This document shows positions 45,951 to 55,735 of a stretch of 64,000 nt of DNA, piece after piece. The stretch is from the IMG/VR virus record IMGVR_UViG_3300045738_002143; one strand, given 5' to 3'. Each line of letters begins with the position of its first letter. The stretch's first letter is position 1. This stretch comes from an uncultured virus (IMG/VR IMGVR_UViG_3300045738_002143). Lineage: Duplodnaviria; Heunggongvirae; Uroviricota; Caudoviricetes. The notes under the pieces were generated by a model. It searched no databases. It was not told where the DNA came from and was given only the letters and a program-made list of their open reading frames with translations. The translations under genes were made by a program, and so were the position numbers.

Positions 45951-46560
45951 GAATGTATGTATGATTGTGCTTTTTACTAAGGAGATAGAACAGTGGGCGA
46001 AGTACGGTGAAATAAACAAAAGACTGTATTGCGATAGACATGGGTATGATTTTCATGTATTCAAAAAGACCCTTGATTCATCCCGCCCTCCTACTTGGTC
46101 TAAGTTTTTGGCTGTCTCCAAATTGTTGAGTTCTTATGATTGGGTTTTTTGTACGGACGCTGACAGTCTTGTTATGAATCCTACCATTCGCATGGATTCC
46201 TTTTTGGATGAAAAGTATGATATGGTTGTAGGAAGCGATCACAACGGAATAAACACAGGCCATTTGTTTATCAAGCGGTCAGATTGGTCTTTTGACTTTT
46301 TGGACAGGTGCCAGGAACAGACTCAATTCATAGGAGTACAGTCAGAAATGTGTGATGAACAGGGGGCGTTTCGGCACCTTTACGAAGCTGATAAAATCAA
46401 AACCCTTCCTCAGCGGCAGATCAACTCGTACAGATCAGGGCATGGAGTTGTAGAGGGGGAGTTTCAATTCGGTGACTTCATAATCCATTTTGCAGAGCGA
46501 CATATAGACCGCAAGCCTTTCATGAGAGACTATTTGGTTAAAGCATCGCTAATGCTTTAG
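45949..46560 (+). CDS. GT34-like galactosyltransferase
   Basis: YCDRHGY, WSK, DWVFCTDAD, INTG, EQ, DFIIHF. Confidence 0.85.
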   Translation: MNVCMIVLFTKEIEQWAKYGEINKRLYCDRHGYDFHVFKKTLDSSRPPTWSKFLAVSKLLSSYDWVFCTDADSLVMNPTIRMDSFLDEKYDMVVGSDHNGINTGHLFIKRSDWSFDFLDRCQEQTQFIGVQSEMCDEQGAFRHLYEADKIKTLPQRQINSYRSGHGVVEGEFQFGDFIIHFAERHIDRKPFMRDYLVKASLML

Positions 46561-47497
46561 ATTTTGTTGGTGACGGCAGGGATTTGTAAACTTTTGAAGA
46601 GACGAATTCTTGCAGAAAGTTGCTTATGGTAAATCTGTCCTTATTCATTTCTGACAGATACTTATGTCCTTCCGTTATTTTGTCTATGTCGGATAAAATA
46701 CACTCTGCTTCTTCGAGAGTTTCGTAAAATAGGGGGTAGTTTTTTCCAAGATACTCTTCAAGAGCCGGTAGTCTGTTTATTACGAGAGGAGTGTTTGTCG
46801 ATAGACATTCGACTACAGTTGTGCTTGCAGCAACATCGTGGTAGTATGAGAATACTATGTTCTTAGACAGTAGTTCTGTGTAGTCTTTTGCATCTACGAA
46901 TGAAATTGTTTCTACATCTGTAAATTGAGGGCTTTCTCTGTCTAGAGTTTTGGCTATTTGCAAAATGGTCTTTTTATAAGGGCACTTTAGTTCGCCGAAT
47001 GCATGAAAGTTTCTAAGGAACGCCCCAACAAATAGCACTCTTTTATTTTTGTTGGAAATGAATGAATCCAAATCAAATGGAGGAGTTAGTTTTTTTACAG
47101 GTCGAGGCAATGTCGATACAGGTATGGATATTTTGTTTTCAAGAAATTGCTTGGTGTATTCGCATAAGGTGAATATGCCTAAGCAATTGTGTTCGTTACG
47201 CTTCCAAAAATCTGTAGTAATAGTGTGTTGCAGCCCTCTTTGTAAAGAGTATCTTTCATGATTTGGATGCACTGGCGCATGGTGTAGGACGCCTACAAAC
47301 TTCTCTTCGATAAGTCGTCTATCAACCACTTCGTCTAAGTAAGAAATGAAAATGGGAGCTTTGGGATTGTGCAAGCAATAGAGACTATCCGACACCCAGC
47401 CCCAACCGTTCACTTTCCATTTTTCACCTATACTGTGCCACCAGTTGTCTAAATCCCTCTGGTGCCAGTCGAGGCTTATTTTTTTTTCAAAGGACAT
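46538..47497 (-). CDS. Glycosyltransferase-like protein (GT-B)
   Basis: FLRN, ASTTVVEC..NTPLVINRLPALEEYLG. Confidence 0.6.
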   Translation of the reverse strand: MSFEKKISLDWHQRDLDNWWHSIGEKWKVNGWGWVSDSLYCLHNPKAPIFISYLDEVVDRRLIEEKFVGVLHHAPVHPNHERYSLQRGLQHTITTDFWKRNEHNCLGIFTLCEYTKQFLENKISIPVSTLPRPVKKLTPPFDLDSFISNKNKRVLFVGAFLRNFHAFGELKCPYKKTILQIAKTLDRESPQFTDVETISFVDAKDYTELLSKNIVFSYYHDVAASTTVVECLSTNTPLVINRLPALEEYLGKNYPLFYETLEEAECILSDIDKITEGHKYLSEMNKDRFTISNFLQEFVSSKVYKSLPSPTKSKALAML

Positions 47498-48113
47498 CTA
47501 ACAAATCTTCTGTTTTGATTATTTTTGCTTCTTTTGGATAAATCATGTGAATTTTTTTGTGGCCTTTTGGCTGGATGATAATGTTCTCTCCATGTGTGCA
47601 TTCGGCCAAATGAGCAATTCCGTCATCAATGCCTATTACCAATTGTGCAGAGGCTATTATTTCTATTTTTTGTAGCAGAGTAGCGTCATGCATGTTTTTA
47701 GCATCAGCGATTGGTCTAGCTCCTATGTTGACTACCTCAAGACTAAGTTTGTTGATTATCTTAGATTTGAGTCGATCACCTATCTCTTTGTAGTGCGATC
47801 CGCTGTTGGCGTCAAAATGACATGCTACAAATGGTTTTTTTGAACGCTCTGGTAGCTTTCTGTAGACAGGGCACTTCTCATCGCACTCCCAACTTGGATA
47901 AACTAGAGTTGCGTTGGATGAAGATTGATATGTAAGATTTGGTCGAAAAACATCTAGTAAAGCAATCAGTGTTGACCTAACTTCCTTTTGGCAACAATGA
48001 CAAGTTTCATCACAGAAAATTCCTGCCTTGGAGTCAAAGTGGCACTGTATGACGTTAATCATATCGCCCAAATGCATGTGCGACAGTTTCATAGATTTGT
48101 TGATCGCCATCAC
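47487..48113 (-). CDS. GT9-like glycosyltransferase
   Basis: HLGD..IGIDDGIAHLA. Confidence 0.65.
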   Translation of the reverse strand: MMAINKSMKLSHMHLGDMINVIQCHFDSKAGIFCDETCHCCQKEVRSTLIALLDVFRPNLTYQSSSNATLVYPSWECDEKCPVYRKLPERSKKPFVACHFDANSGSHYKEIGDRLKSKIINKLSLEVVNIGARPIADAKNMHDATLLQKIEIIASAQLVIGIDDGIAHLAECTHGENIIIQPKGHKKIHMIYPKEAKIIKTEDLLDVL

Positions 48114-49078
48114 AATAGAGTTGTCCTTATAACTGATTTTAGGCGACTATGTTGTTCCTTAGACATCCATGTGGCAGCATGTGACGACAATGCCTTTACA
48201 TCTTCCCAAAACGAATTATCCCCCATTAAAAAAGCTCGCTTTAGTGACGGAGATTGGTCGTAAACGTCTGACAAAAAGAACATAAAGGCTACCGCTGGTA
48301 TGTATATTCTTAGATTTACTAGATGCCTGTTTTGAACCTTCAGCAGTTCATCCACGGAAGAGTATGTTGCAGGTTCCTCTCTGTGGAATCTTTCTGGGTT
48401 TTGAAAGTGTACCATCAGTCTGTGTGGCAAAAGCTCAACCTTTTTCTGTTCGCAAAAGCAAAACAAAGTAGGTTCATACATCGTATCGTGGACCTCTCTT
48501 TCACAAAGTTTGGTGATAACCTCATAGCCCTCTGGCGGCGACAGGTAAGATTGTATTTTGATGGTGTGCGAATCTAGCAATTGCTTGTGTTTTTTGAATA
48601 GATGCCCACCGGGATAGAATTGCTTTCCGAAGCATCCAAAAGATAATTCTAATGACTCAAATTCTTTCATCATTTGGCTTGGCAAAAACGTAGATATCTC
48701 CGCAACTCTAGGGAAAATTTTTTTATGGTCTAGCGTGTGGATGGCATAGTATTCTCCTTGGTCCCATGTGAAAACGGTTCCTTTTCGGCATTTTGTGATT
48801 ATTTCATCTACTTGTTGTGTGAATAGGTTGTCTTGTTGAACAAAGACGGACACATCATCTGATGGATGTATTTGAATTGTATCGTAGAATCGAAAGAAGT
48901 CCTTGGGATTTGCATCGTGAGCTACTATTTCAACCGTGTTAGATTTTGGCAGGTTGTATTTTTTGAATGTTTGGACAAAAATCTTGTGGTCAAAATTGGA
49001 AAATGCCCAAGATAGGTTTCTTATATGGAGATCAAATCCTTTGGGATGTTGAGATATGGTGGTGTAGATATGAATCAT
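48110..49078 (-). CDS. Hypothetical, possible GT-A protein
   Basis: VFVQQDNLF; start inferred. Confidence 0.55.
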   Translation of the reverse strand: MIHIYTTISQHPKGFDLHIRNLSWAFSNFDHKIFVQTFKKYNLPKSNTVEIVAHDANPKDFFRFYDTIQIHPSDDVSVFVQQDNLFTQQVDEIITKCRKGTVFTWDQGEYYAIHTLDHKKIFPRVAEISTFLPSQMMKEFESLELSFGCFGKQFYPGGHLFKKHKQLLDSHTIKIQSYLSPPEGYEVITKLCEREVHDTMYEPTLFCFCEQKKVELLPHRLMVHFQNPERFHREEPATYSSVDELLKVQNRHLVNLRIYIPAVAFMFFLSDVYDQSPSLKRAFLMGDNSFWEDVKALSSHAATWMSKEQHSRLKSVIRTTLL

Positions 49079-49909
49079 TTTAGTAAGCCAATTGTACGAT
49101 GGACCTTTGGTGGTTGTTTGCGACCAGAAGGTTACGAAGCGTTGAGGGTTTCTATTCAAAACTTCGACAGAATATACTCAGATCGCTTTGCGAAGTACAT
49201 TATGTATAACAACTGTGATGCCAACCACGTTTTGGACATAGCGTCTGAGTTTAGTATAGTTGCTATCGAGCAAAAGTGGAGTTGGTGCCCCATACAACAT
49301 GAGTATAAATCTGTGGTTCCCGACCAAAGCGGTAAGTATTTTGGAGGCTCCATGTGGAAATGGTGCCCACCTCGGTTGAACATTCATTTGCACGAATTGG
49401 TCATAGATAACGATTTAATTTTGCTTCAACCAATGGATGAAATTGAAAGGTTCCTTCAGTCCACCTCTCCTCTCATTGTTGCTGATCCTTTGAAGTTTCA
49501 AGGCAGGTATAAGCATCTGCTGCCAAACTCGCAATTCAACGCTGGCTTGATGGGCTTGCCGCCTGATTACGATATCGCCAAAGCTATGATTGGCATTTGG
49601 AGAGAAAATGGTAAGTTCAACTTCCTGACACAAGCAGATGAGCAGGGGCTTGTGAGCGCCGCAATACAGGTGTGTAATCCAATTGTAATTTCAGAATCGG
49701 ATTTAGTAGAAGTTCATCCAAACGGTCGGCCAGATGAGGTTGTTTGGGATGATGCTGAAGAGGTAAATCACATGACACTTCAACCAGTGATTGATTTCGA
49801 TAGTAAAGGCTATCACTTTGTATCACTAAATCGCAATCATCATCCTCATTGGGAGCGGTTTCAAAGAAGTTTGGAGACACGTCCCATCTCATATTCCGTC
49901 CAGAATTGA
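49070..49909 (+). CDS. GT-A-like protein (paralog of 51399-52139)
   Basis: KPIVRWT, WK..PPR..HELVIDND, FNAG, EQG. Confidence 0.65.
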   Translation: MNHFSKPIVRWTFGGCLRPEGYEALRVSIQNFDRIYSDRFAKYIMYNNCDANHVLDIASEFSIVAIEQKWSWCPIQHEYKSVVPDQSGKYFGGSMWKWCPPRLNIHLHELVIDNDLILLQPMDEIERFLQSTSPLIVADPLKFQGRYKHLLPNSQFNAGLMGLPPDYDIAKAMIGIWRENGKFNFLTQADEQGLVSAAIQVCNPIVISESDLVEVHPNGRPDEVVWDDAEEVNHMTLQPVIDFDSKGYHFVSLNRNHHPHWERFQRSLETRPISYSVQN

Positions 49910-50790
49910 CTTACAAAATGGATGCACTCATTCAGTTCGGTTAATTTGAATTTCTTGTATGCTTCCAATTGAGATGGATACACTTTGTAGATTGATTCTT
50001 TCAAACTGCTCACGAGCATTTCATACGTTTCTTCCAGAAAAAATGGAATCAATCCACGGACTCGAATTGAGTGTTTGGGCAGACTTCCGCTGTGTAGATG
50101 AACGCTCCAGCAGTTTTGATTATCTGTTATATCCTGCGGCGTGTAATCGTTTAAGCATGTTTTTTTTGGTATATCTTGCCAATAGTTTTGAATGTCTTTT
50201 ACGTTGTGGTCAAACACGAACAGGTTTACAGCTTCGTCTACAAGGTGCCTGTGATAGCCATTAGAAACGTAGTAGTCGAGAACTTTATCCTTCAACCCTT
50301 TGTCCTTTAGCACTTCTTCTGTGAAGTCCTTTAGGATGCGTATGCCAGCCAACGCATTTGAGGATGTTTTGTCAAAGCAAATCATTCCTCCATTCGTGCG
50401 GCAAATGTTTATCTTGTCATCGTCAACAGGCATCGTTGTGGGAGACTTCAAAAACATCTGGTCCATATCGCAGTAGAGGATTTTTTTACAACTGGTTAAA
50501 GATGAAAACCTATTTGTTTCGTATGGTCGAAGTAGTATTGGAGCGAATCCATGTTTGTTGAAATGATTATCATTTTTCGATGCTCTGATAACCTCAAAGT
50601 TTAGAAAGTCATATTTGTCCCACCGGGTATTGGGTTCTGTATAGTCCACCACATAGATAGGCGTGTCTGGGGCGAGGTGTCGCATTAAAGCGATGCATGG
50701 AATGACACACATCAGATAATCACGACCGGGGTCGTGATTGAGTTTTGTCATTCTGTCGGTTTTTGTCCATTGAAGGAAAATTGCAGTCAT
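49861..50790 (-). CDS. GT-A-like protein
   Basis: ILYCDMD, NGG, DE; start inferred. Confidence 0.55.
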   Translation of the reverse strand: MTAIFLQWTKTDRMTKLNHDPGRDYLMCVIPCIALMRHLAPDTPIYVVDYTEPNTRWDKYDFLNFEVIRASKNDNHFNKHGFAPILLRPYETNRFSSLTSCKKILYCDMDQMFLKSPTTMPVDDDKINICRTNGGMICFDKTSSNALAGIRILKDFTEEVLKDKGLKDKVLDYYVSNGYHRHLVDEAVNLFVFDHNVKDIQNYWQDIPKKTCLNDYTPQDITDNQNCWSVHLHSGSLPKHSIRVRGLIPFFLEETYEMLVSSLKESIYKVYPSQLEAYKKFKLTELNECIHFVSQFWTEYEMGRVSKLL

Positions 50791-51454
50791 GCGTAGGATC
50801 AATATCTTTTCGTTAAGAAGAAGTGGTCATCATGCGATCATCGAGTGGGTCATTCCCATTTTGGGAGGTAACGTCTCACACCAAAATGATGTGCCTCGTA
50901 TTCCAGAGGGTCTTAGGGATGATTACAGAATTATCTATGGCGATGGGGCTGAGGTATTGATCCATAATTACGAGGATGTGGATTTCAGGGATTATCATGA
51001 ATCAGGAGAGTGTTGGTTTGTATTACGGGATGTCCACAATACTTTTGCTAGTCGATTGAAAGTGGATGGGATGTATGATTGGTGGGTTCCTTGGAAGTGC
51101 GATGATGTAGAGCTATGGAAAGTCTACTGCCGTGAGTTTGCTGGAAAGACCAATTTTTCTAATGCTCTCTTCATAAATTACAACCTATGGTTTGCTGATA
51201 GGTCGTATAGGGTTTCGCTTGCAGATCAGATTGGTGGTAAGTTTACAGATGAGGCTTTGGAGTTGGTTGGGCAACATGGGAATGGGAGCAGTTTTGACTT
51301 TCGTAAATACAATGGCCGGGCGCAACAGATGCAAACGACGCAAAGGTGGAAGTATTTTACTGAAGACTTGAATTACTGGAACCTATTTGACGAAGAGTCT
51401 ATAGAATTATCTTCATCTGTTTTTGGCAATGTTGTTCAGAAGATTTATTATTGA
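50789..51454 (+). CDS. Sulfotransferase-like protein
   Basis: RRSGHHAI (5'-PSB-like), RD..N..AS (3'-PB-like). Confidence 0.65.
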   Translation: MRRINIFSLRRSGHHAIIEWVIPILGGNVSHQNDVPRIPEGLRDDYRIIYGDGAEVLIHNYEDVDFRDYHESGECWFVLRDVHNTFASRLKVDGMYDWWVPWKCDDVELWKVYCREFAGKTNFSNALFINYNLWFADRSYRVSLADQIGGKFTDEALELVGQHGNGSSFDFRKYNGRAQQMQTTQRWKYFTEDLNYWNLFDEESIELSSSVFGNVVQKIYY

Positions 51455-52139
51455 CCCATTGGTAAAACTTTGGGTGCGATTCTTTGTTGGCTCTTGCGAA
51501 ATGAAAGCCTTTGCGGATGTGATTCTTCTCTTGAGCCTCTAAAGAGAAATCAGGTTCCACAATAGGAACCGTAGGTAGTCCTATCATTATATGTTTGGGC
51601 TGGTCGAGCAGGGTGGCGGCTACAAGCCCCTGTTCATCAAAGCGTCCAGTCCACGGCAACATTCGGCGACTCAGTTCTTGTTTGAAATCGAAACCAGGAG
51701 GCAGTCCAAAAATCCCAGAATTGATTTGGATGCCTTTTGGCACTTCATACCTTCCATGAAGCCCATGAAGTCCTTGGTATAAAAGCGGACAGTTGTTTGA
51801 TAGGAATTCATCAATTTCATAAAGTCTATCTGTTAGCACGATGTCGTTGTCTATGAAAATTTCATGTGATGAAGACCTGATCCTAGCAGGAAACAATTTC
51901 CAAGCAACTTCACACATTTTATCTGGAGGATGTGGAAGGTCATCTAGATGTTTGGTTTGGTCGATTAACTCTGTATCCATTTTTTGAATTTGCCTCAATT
52001 CTAACGGAGTTAAATTGTTGTGGCAAATGATTCGATCAAAGTCTGGATAAAGTTTAACAGCAAGATCAACAGACTTTGCTAAGACATCAAATCCACATGG
52101 GTGTACGTTGCCTATGGTCCATCTTAGAATTGGCTTCAT
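51399..52139 (-). CDS. GT-A-like protein
   Basis: KPILRWT, HEIFIDND, INSG, DEQG. Confidence 0.65.
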   Translation of the reverse strand: MKPILRWTIGNVHPCGFDVLAKSVDLAVKLYPDFDRIICHNNLTPLELRQIQKMDTELIDQTKHLDDLPHPPDKMCEVAWKLFPARIRSSSHEIFIDNDIVLTDRLYEIDEFLSNNCPLLYQGLHGLHGRYEVPKGIQINSGIFGLPPGFDFKQELSRRMLPWTGRFDEQGLVAATLLDQPKHIMIGLPTVPIVEPDFSLEAQEKNHIRKGFHFARANKESHPKFYQWVNNKSSEQHCQKQMKIIL

Positions 52140-52942
52140 AACACTTTCGTCCATGTTGGTTGCAGGGCTTTCATTAGGGTTCTAGTTTCTTCTATTGGCT
52201 TTTCAAAACCTTCTATTGTTTTGAGGTTGGTATTGAATTGGAAATTATAAGGAAAGTCAAAGTTCAACAATCTCCAATAACAGCCCGGATGTCTTAACCA
52301 CATGCTAAGTTTGTTGTTTTGTTTTTTCGCAAGGGGCAGGTGTTCTCTTATTGGTTTGGTGATGTTTGATGATGTTAAGATGCTTTTCTTAACCAGATCG
52401 GGACAGTTTCTTTTTATGGCACATCCGTTAGATGGAATTGTGTTTTTGATAACGTGTGGAGAGAAATCTTCTTTCCCCAGTACGAAGTCATATCTCCAAG
52501 CATCCCAATATATAAAATCAACGCCCTCTGTTAGTGGTGATATGTAATCGATTAGTTGTGGATGTAGCCAGTCGTCATCGTCTGTGACGACCAGCCAATC
52601 CCAAGAATCTTCTAAGTTTGATATGGGTTTTAATTGCGACTCTTGCCAAGTAGCTTGTGCGATGCGCTTCAATTCGGCTCGCCATTTTACGTAGCTTATA
52701 GAAAAGTAAGAATCCCAACATTTGATTTTGTCAATTGCTGGTAAAAATCTACTTTCTTTTAGGCGAGACAAATACCCTTCGCTGGTTAAGTCCTTCCAAT
52801 TTTCAGTTTCACGGACGAATACGCCGAATTTCAATTGATTCATTTGTTGTATTTTTTGATTAGTTGCAACCATCAAAACTTCCTCAATATCTATGTGAAA
52901 TCTTCCTTGTTTTGGGGTGTAGATTTTAGGGTGTTTCATCAT
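52136..52942 (-). CDS. GT2-like protein
   Basis: WLVVTDDDDWLHP. Confidence 0.55.
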   Translation of the reverse strand: MMKHPKIYTPKQGRFHIDIEEVLMVATNQKIQQMNQLKFGVFVRETENWKDLTSEGYLSRLKESRFLPAIDKIKCWDSYFSISYVKWRAELKRIAQATWQESQLKPISNLEDSWDWLVVTDDDDWLHPQLIDYISPLTEGVDFIYWDAWRYDFVLGKEDFSPHVIKNTIPSNGCAIKRNCPDLVKKSILTSSNITKPIREHLPLAKKQNNKLSMWLRHPGCYWRLLNFDFPYNFQFNTNLKTIEGFEKPIEETRTLMKALQPTWTKVL

Positions 52943-54023
52943 TGGCTTTACTCATTGCTTGCGCTATTACTTGGTGCATATCAAAGTATCGATACGAACC
53001 TAGACGGCCACCAATAATTACGTTGTCCAGTTTTTTTGATTCTTGTTTGTATTTTGCATAGATCGCATTGTTCCTGTCGTCATTGATGGGCAAATAAGGT
53101 GCAGCCCCAGACTTCCACTCTATTGGGTACTCGTAGGTGATTACGGTTCGGGGGTTCTCTTGTGACGTGAAGTGTTTGTGTTCTATAATTCTCGTATAGG
53201 GCACAGTTTCGTCGGTATAGTTCATTTGACCGATACCTTGAAAGTCTCCATCTAAAATTTTGCTACGGAATCGTAGGGTGCGATATTCCAGTTCGCCGTA
53301 TTCGTAGTTGAAGAACCGGTCAATGGGGCCAGAGTAAACGAGTTTGTGGTCATAACGCTGCCAGCATTTATCTAGTTTATCGAAGAAGTCTACATTTAAA
53401 TCAACTTTGATGTTTGGATGGTCGAGTATGTTCTCGATCATGTGTGTGAAGCCTTTGATGGGCACGCCCTGGTAGCGATGGTTGTTGTAATACTCATCAT
53501 TGAAGGTCAGTCGTAACGGGAGTCGCTTGATGATAAAAGCAGGGAGTTCCTTTGGCTCTCGCATCCATTGCTTTTTGGTGTAGCCGTAGATGAGCTTGTG
53601 GTAGATTTCCTCTCCGACCTGTGACAGCGCCCACTCTTCCAGATTTTGAGGGTCTTTTATTGGTACTTTTCTAGAGCTTAGTTCTCTTTTTGCTTGATCC
53701 GGTGTTTCGCAACCCCACAACTCGTAATAGGTTTGCATATTGAATGGTAGAGAGTATATTTTACCGTGGTAATTTGCTTTGACCTTATGTCTATAAGTGT
53801 TAAATTCGGCAAATTGATTTACGTAATCCCACAATTTTTTATTGTTTGTGTGATATAGATGTGGCCCGTATTCATGGACAATGATGCCTTCTACCTCTTT
53901 GGTGTAGCAATTTCCTCCAACATGTGGTTTTTTGTCAATCACTCGGCATTTGTGTCCCAGGTCTGCTACTGTTCGGGCGAATACTGAACCAAACAACCCT
54001 GTGCCAACTACTAGATAATCCAT
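52926..54023 (-). CDS. glf: UDP-galactopyranose mutase
   Basis: GTGLFG, GGNCY, HEYGPH, GYTKKQW, LEYRTL, GRLGSYRYFDM. Confidence 0.95.
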   Translation of the reverse strand: MDYLVVGTGLFGSVFARTVADLGHKCRVIDKKPHVGGNCYTKEVEGIIVHEYGPHLYHTNNKKLWDYVNQFAEFNTYRHKVKANYHGKIYSLPFNMQTYYELWGCETPDQAKRELSSRKVPIKDPQNLEEWALSQVGEEIYHKLIYGYTKKQWMREPKELPAFIIKRLPLRLTFNDEYYNNHRYQGVPIKGFTHMIENILDHPNIKVDLNVDFFDKLDKCWQRYDHKLVYSGPIDRFFNYEYGELEYRTLRFRSKILDGDFQGIGQMNYTDETVPYTRIIEHKHFTSQENPRTVITYEYPIEWKSGAAPYLPINDDRNNAIYAKYKQESKKLDNVIIGGRLGSYRYFDMHQVIAQAMSKANDETP

Positions 54024-54067
54024 ACTCTATTAGAGTTGGAATTTGTTGGAAGTTTATAAGGATATTG

Positions 54068-55735
54068 ATGGAAGTTGAAAATGTATACGAAGCAGCATTG
54101 GCTGTAATAAAAAGCCAAAGACAATTGTCTTATGAAGAACTGATGTTTCAGTGTAATTCAGAGATGGATGTATTTGTACGTGTAGTTGAAAAAATAAAGG
54201 AAGAGGATACGGTCATTACTGACAATCGTGGGTTTGTTAGGACGGTAGAATGGCCAATCATGGATTATTGGCCATTAGCGTATGATCCCGCTTTGGCAGT
54301 GAAAACAAGGGAAGATAGAAGGCTTCTTGGACGCCAGATTTGCGATAAACTAGGAATCAATAATGACCAATCATTCTTAGATTTCGGTTGTGGTGATGGG
54401 GATACGGCAATTGAGGCTGCTAATTTTGCTAGATTGTCCATAGGATACGATATTAAAGCTCCAGAATCACACAATGATGTAGTTTTGACGGGCGAAATGA
54501 AGGTGGTCGAAAAATATGGGCCTTTTGATGTAATTCTTCTTTGGGATGTTTTAGATCACTTGGTTGGTGACCCTGTGGAGGAATTGAATAAAATCAAGAG
54601 ACTTTTGTCACCTAACGGTAGAATTTATATACGATGTCATCCTTGGACATCTAAGAATGGCGGGCACTGTTCTTTGAATAAGGCTTACATTCATTTGTTA
54701 TTTGATGAATCGAATCCGGCTGATGATGTAACAAGAACCTTAAATCCTCTGGAAGATTACCGGGGATGGTTTGAGTCATCTAATTTGAAGATTGTGGAAG
54801 AAGACATTATACGAGATAAGGTAGACCCATTTTTTGAGAACAAAGAAATTTGGAAACAAATTTGTAGTAATTGGGAACATGAGACAGTAGGATTCTATAA
54901 CCCGATACAGAATCGCACCAAATACAACTGTGGAGATACTTTAGATTTCAGGGATGCGTGTGTTCATAATACCAGACTGGTAAAAGTTGGTAGTTATCAG
55001 CCAAATGGATTTGGGCTTTATGATATGCATGGTAATGTTTGGGAGTGGTGTCATGATAATTATGGCCCTGGCAGAAATAGTGATGGGTCATGTCATGTGA
55101 ATGCCGAGTTGTTTAGGGAACAATCTGCTCATGTTTTGCGGGGTGGTGGGTTTTTTGACATTGGGGATATATGTTATTCAAGTGCTCGTCCCCATTGTCG
55201 AGGGCCAAACTCTTGTAGTTTTGATACTGGGTTCAGAGTAGTTATGGCTGCTGGCAATCCACTTTTGAATTTAGGGAATGGTTATAAAAATTCTCTTGGT
55301 ATGGAATTTGTCCTCATTCCTCCTGGTGACTTTATCATGGGGGCAGAATGTGATAAAATAAGTTTGCCTCAAACTCATATGTCGATCACTCATCCTTTTT
55401 ATATGGGTGTTCATACTGTTACTCAGAAGCAATATTCAGAAATTGCGAGTTTGGAAAGTTTAAGCCCGGAACGTTTTTCTCCAGATGTAACAACCGGTGA
55501 CAAACATCGTCTCTCCGGCTTTAGGCGAGAGGAGATGCTGAATGATAATTTTCCAATTGTAGGTGTTAGTTGGTCAGCCGCAAGTGAGTTTTGTAAGAAA
55601 ATTGGTCAGAAGGATGGAAATATGTATAGACTTCCTAGTGAGGCTGAGTGGGAATATTGTTGTGGAGGCATTTGTAATAATAGCTTGATGAATATTTTAG
55701 GCATTCAATTTGTGGATTATGTATGTTGTTATTAG
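54068..55735 (+). CDS. SAM methyltransferase with inserted circularly permuted FGE-sulfatase (SUMF1-like) domain
   Basis: FLDFGCGDG, DVLDH, RCHPW; then PNGFGLYDMHGNVWEW..GFRV followed by NSLGMEFVLIP..RLPSEAEWEY. Confidence 0.85.
   Translation: MEVENVYEAALAVIKSQRQLSYEELMFQCNSEMDVFVRVVEKIKEEDTVITDNRGFVRTVEWPIMDYWPLAYDPALAVKTREDRRLLGRQICDKLGINNDQSFLDFGCGDGDTAIEAANFARLSIGYDIKAPESHNDVVLTGEMKVVEKYGPFDVILLWDVLDHLVGDPVEELNKIKRLLSPNGRIYIRCHPWTSKNGGHCSLNKAYIHLLFDESNPADDVTRTLNPLEDYRGWFESSNLKIVEEDIIRDKVDPFFENKEIWKQICSNWEHETVGFYNPIQNRTKYNCGDTLDFRDACVHNTRLVKVGSYQPNGFGLYDMHGNVWEWCHDNYGPGRNSDGSCHVNAELFREQSAHVLRGGGFFDIGDICYSSARPHCRGPNSCSFDTGFRVVMAAGNPLLNLGNGYKNSLGMEFVLIPPGDFIMGAECDKISLPQTHMSITHPFYMGVHTVTQKQYSEIASLESLSPERFSPDVTTGDKHRLSGFRREEMLNDNFPIVGVSWSAASEFCKKIGQKDGNMYRLPSEAEWEYCCGGICNNSLMNILGIQFVDYVCCY

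Noticed and set aside
54917..55240. Diversity-generating retroelement target
   Set aside because: No reverse transcriptase or template repeat seen in the window.
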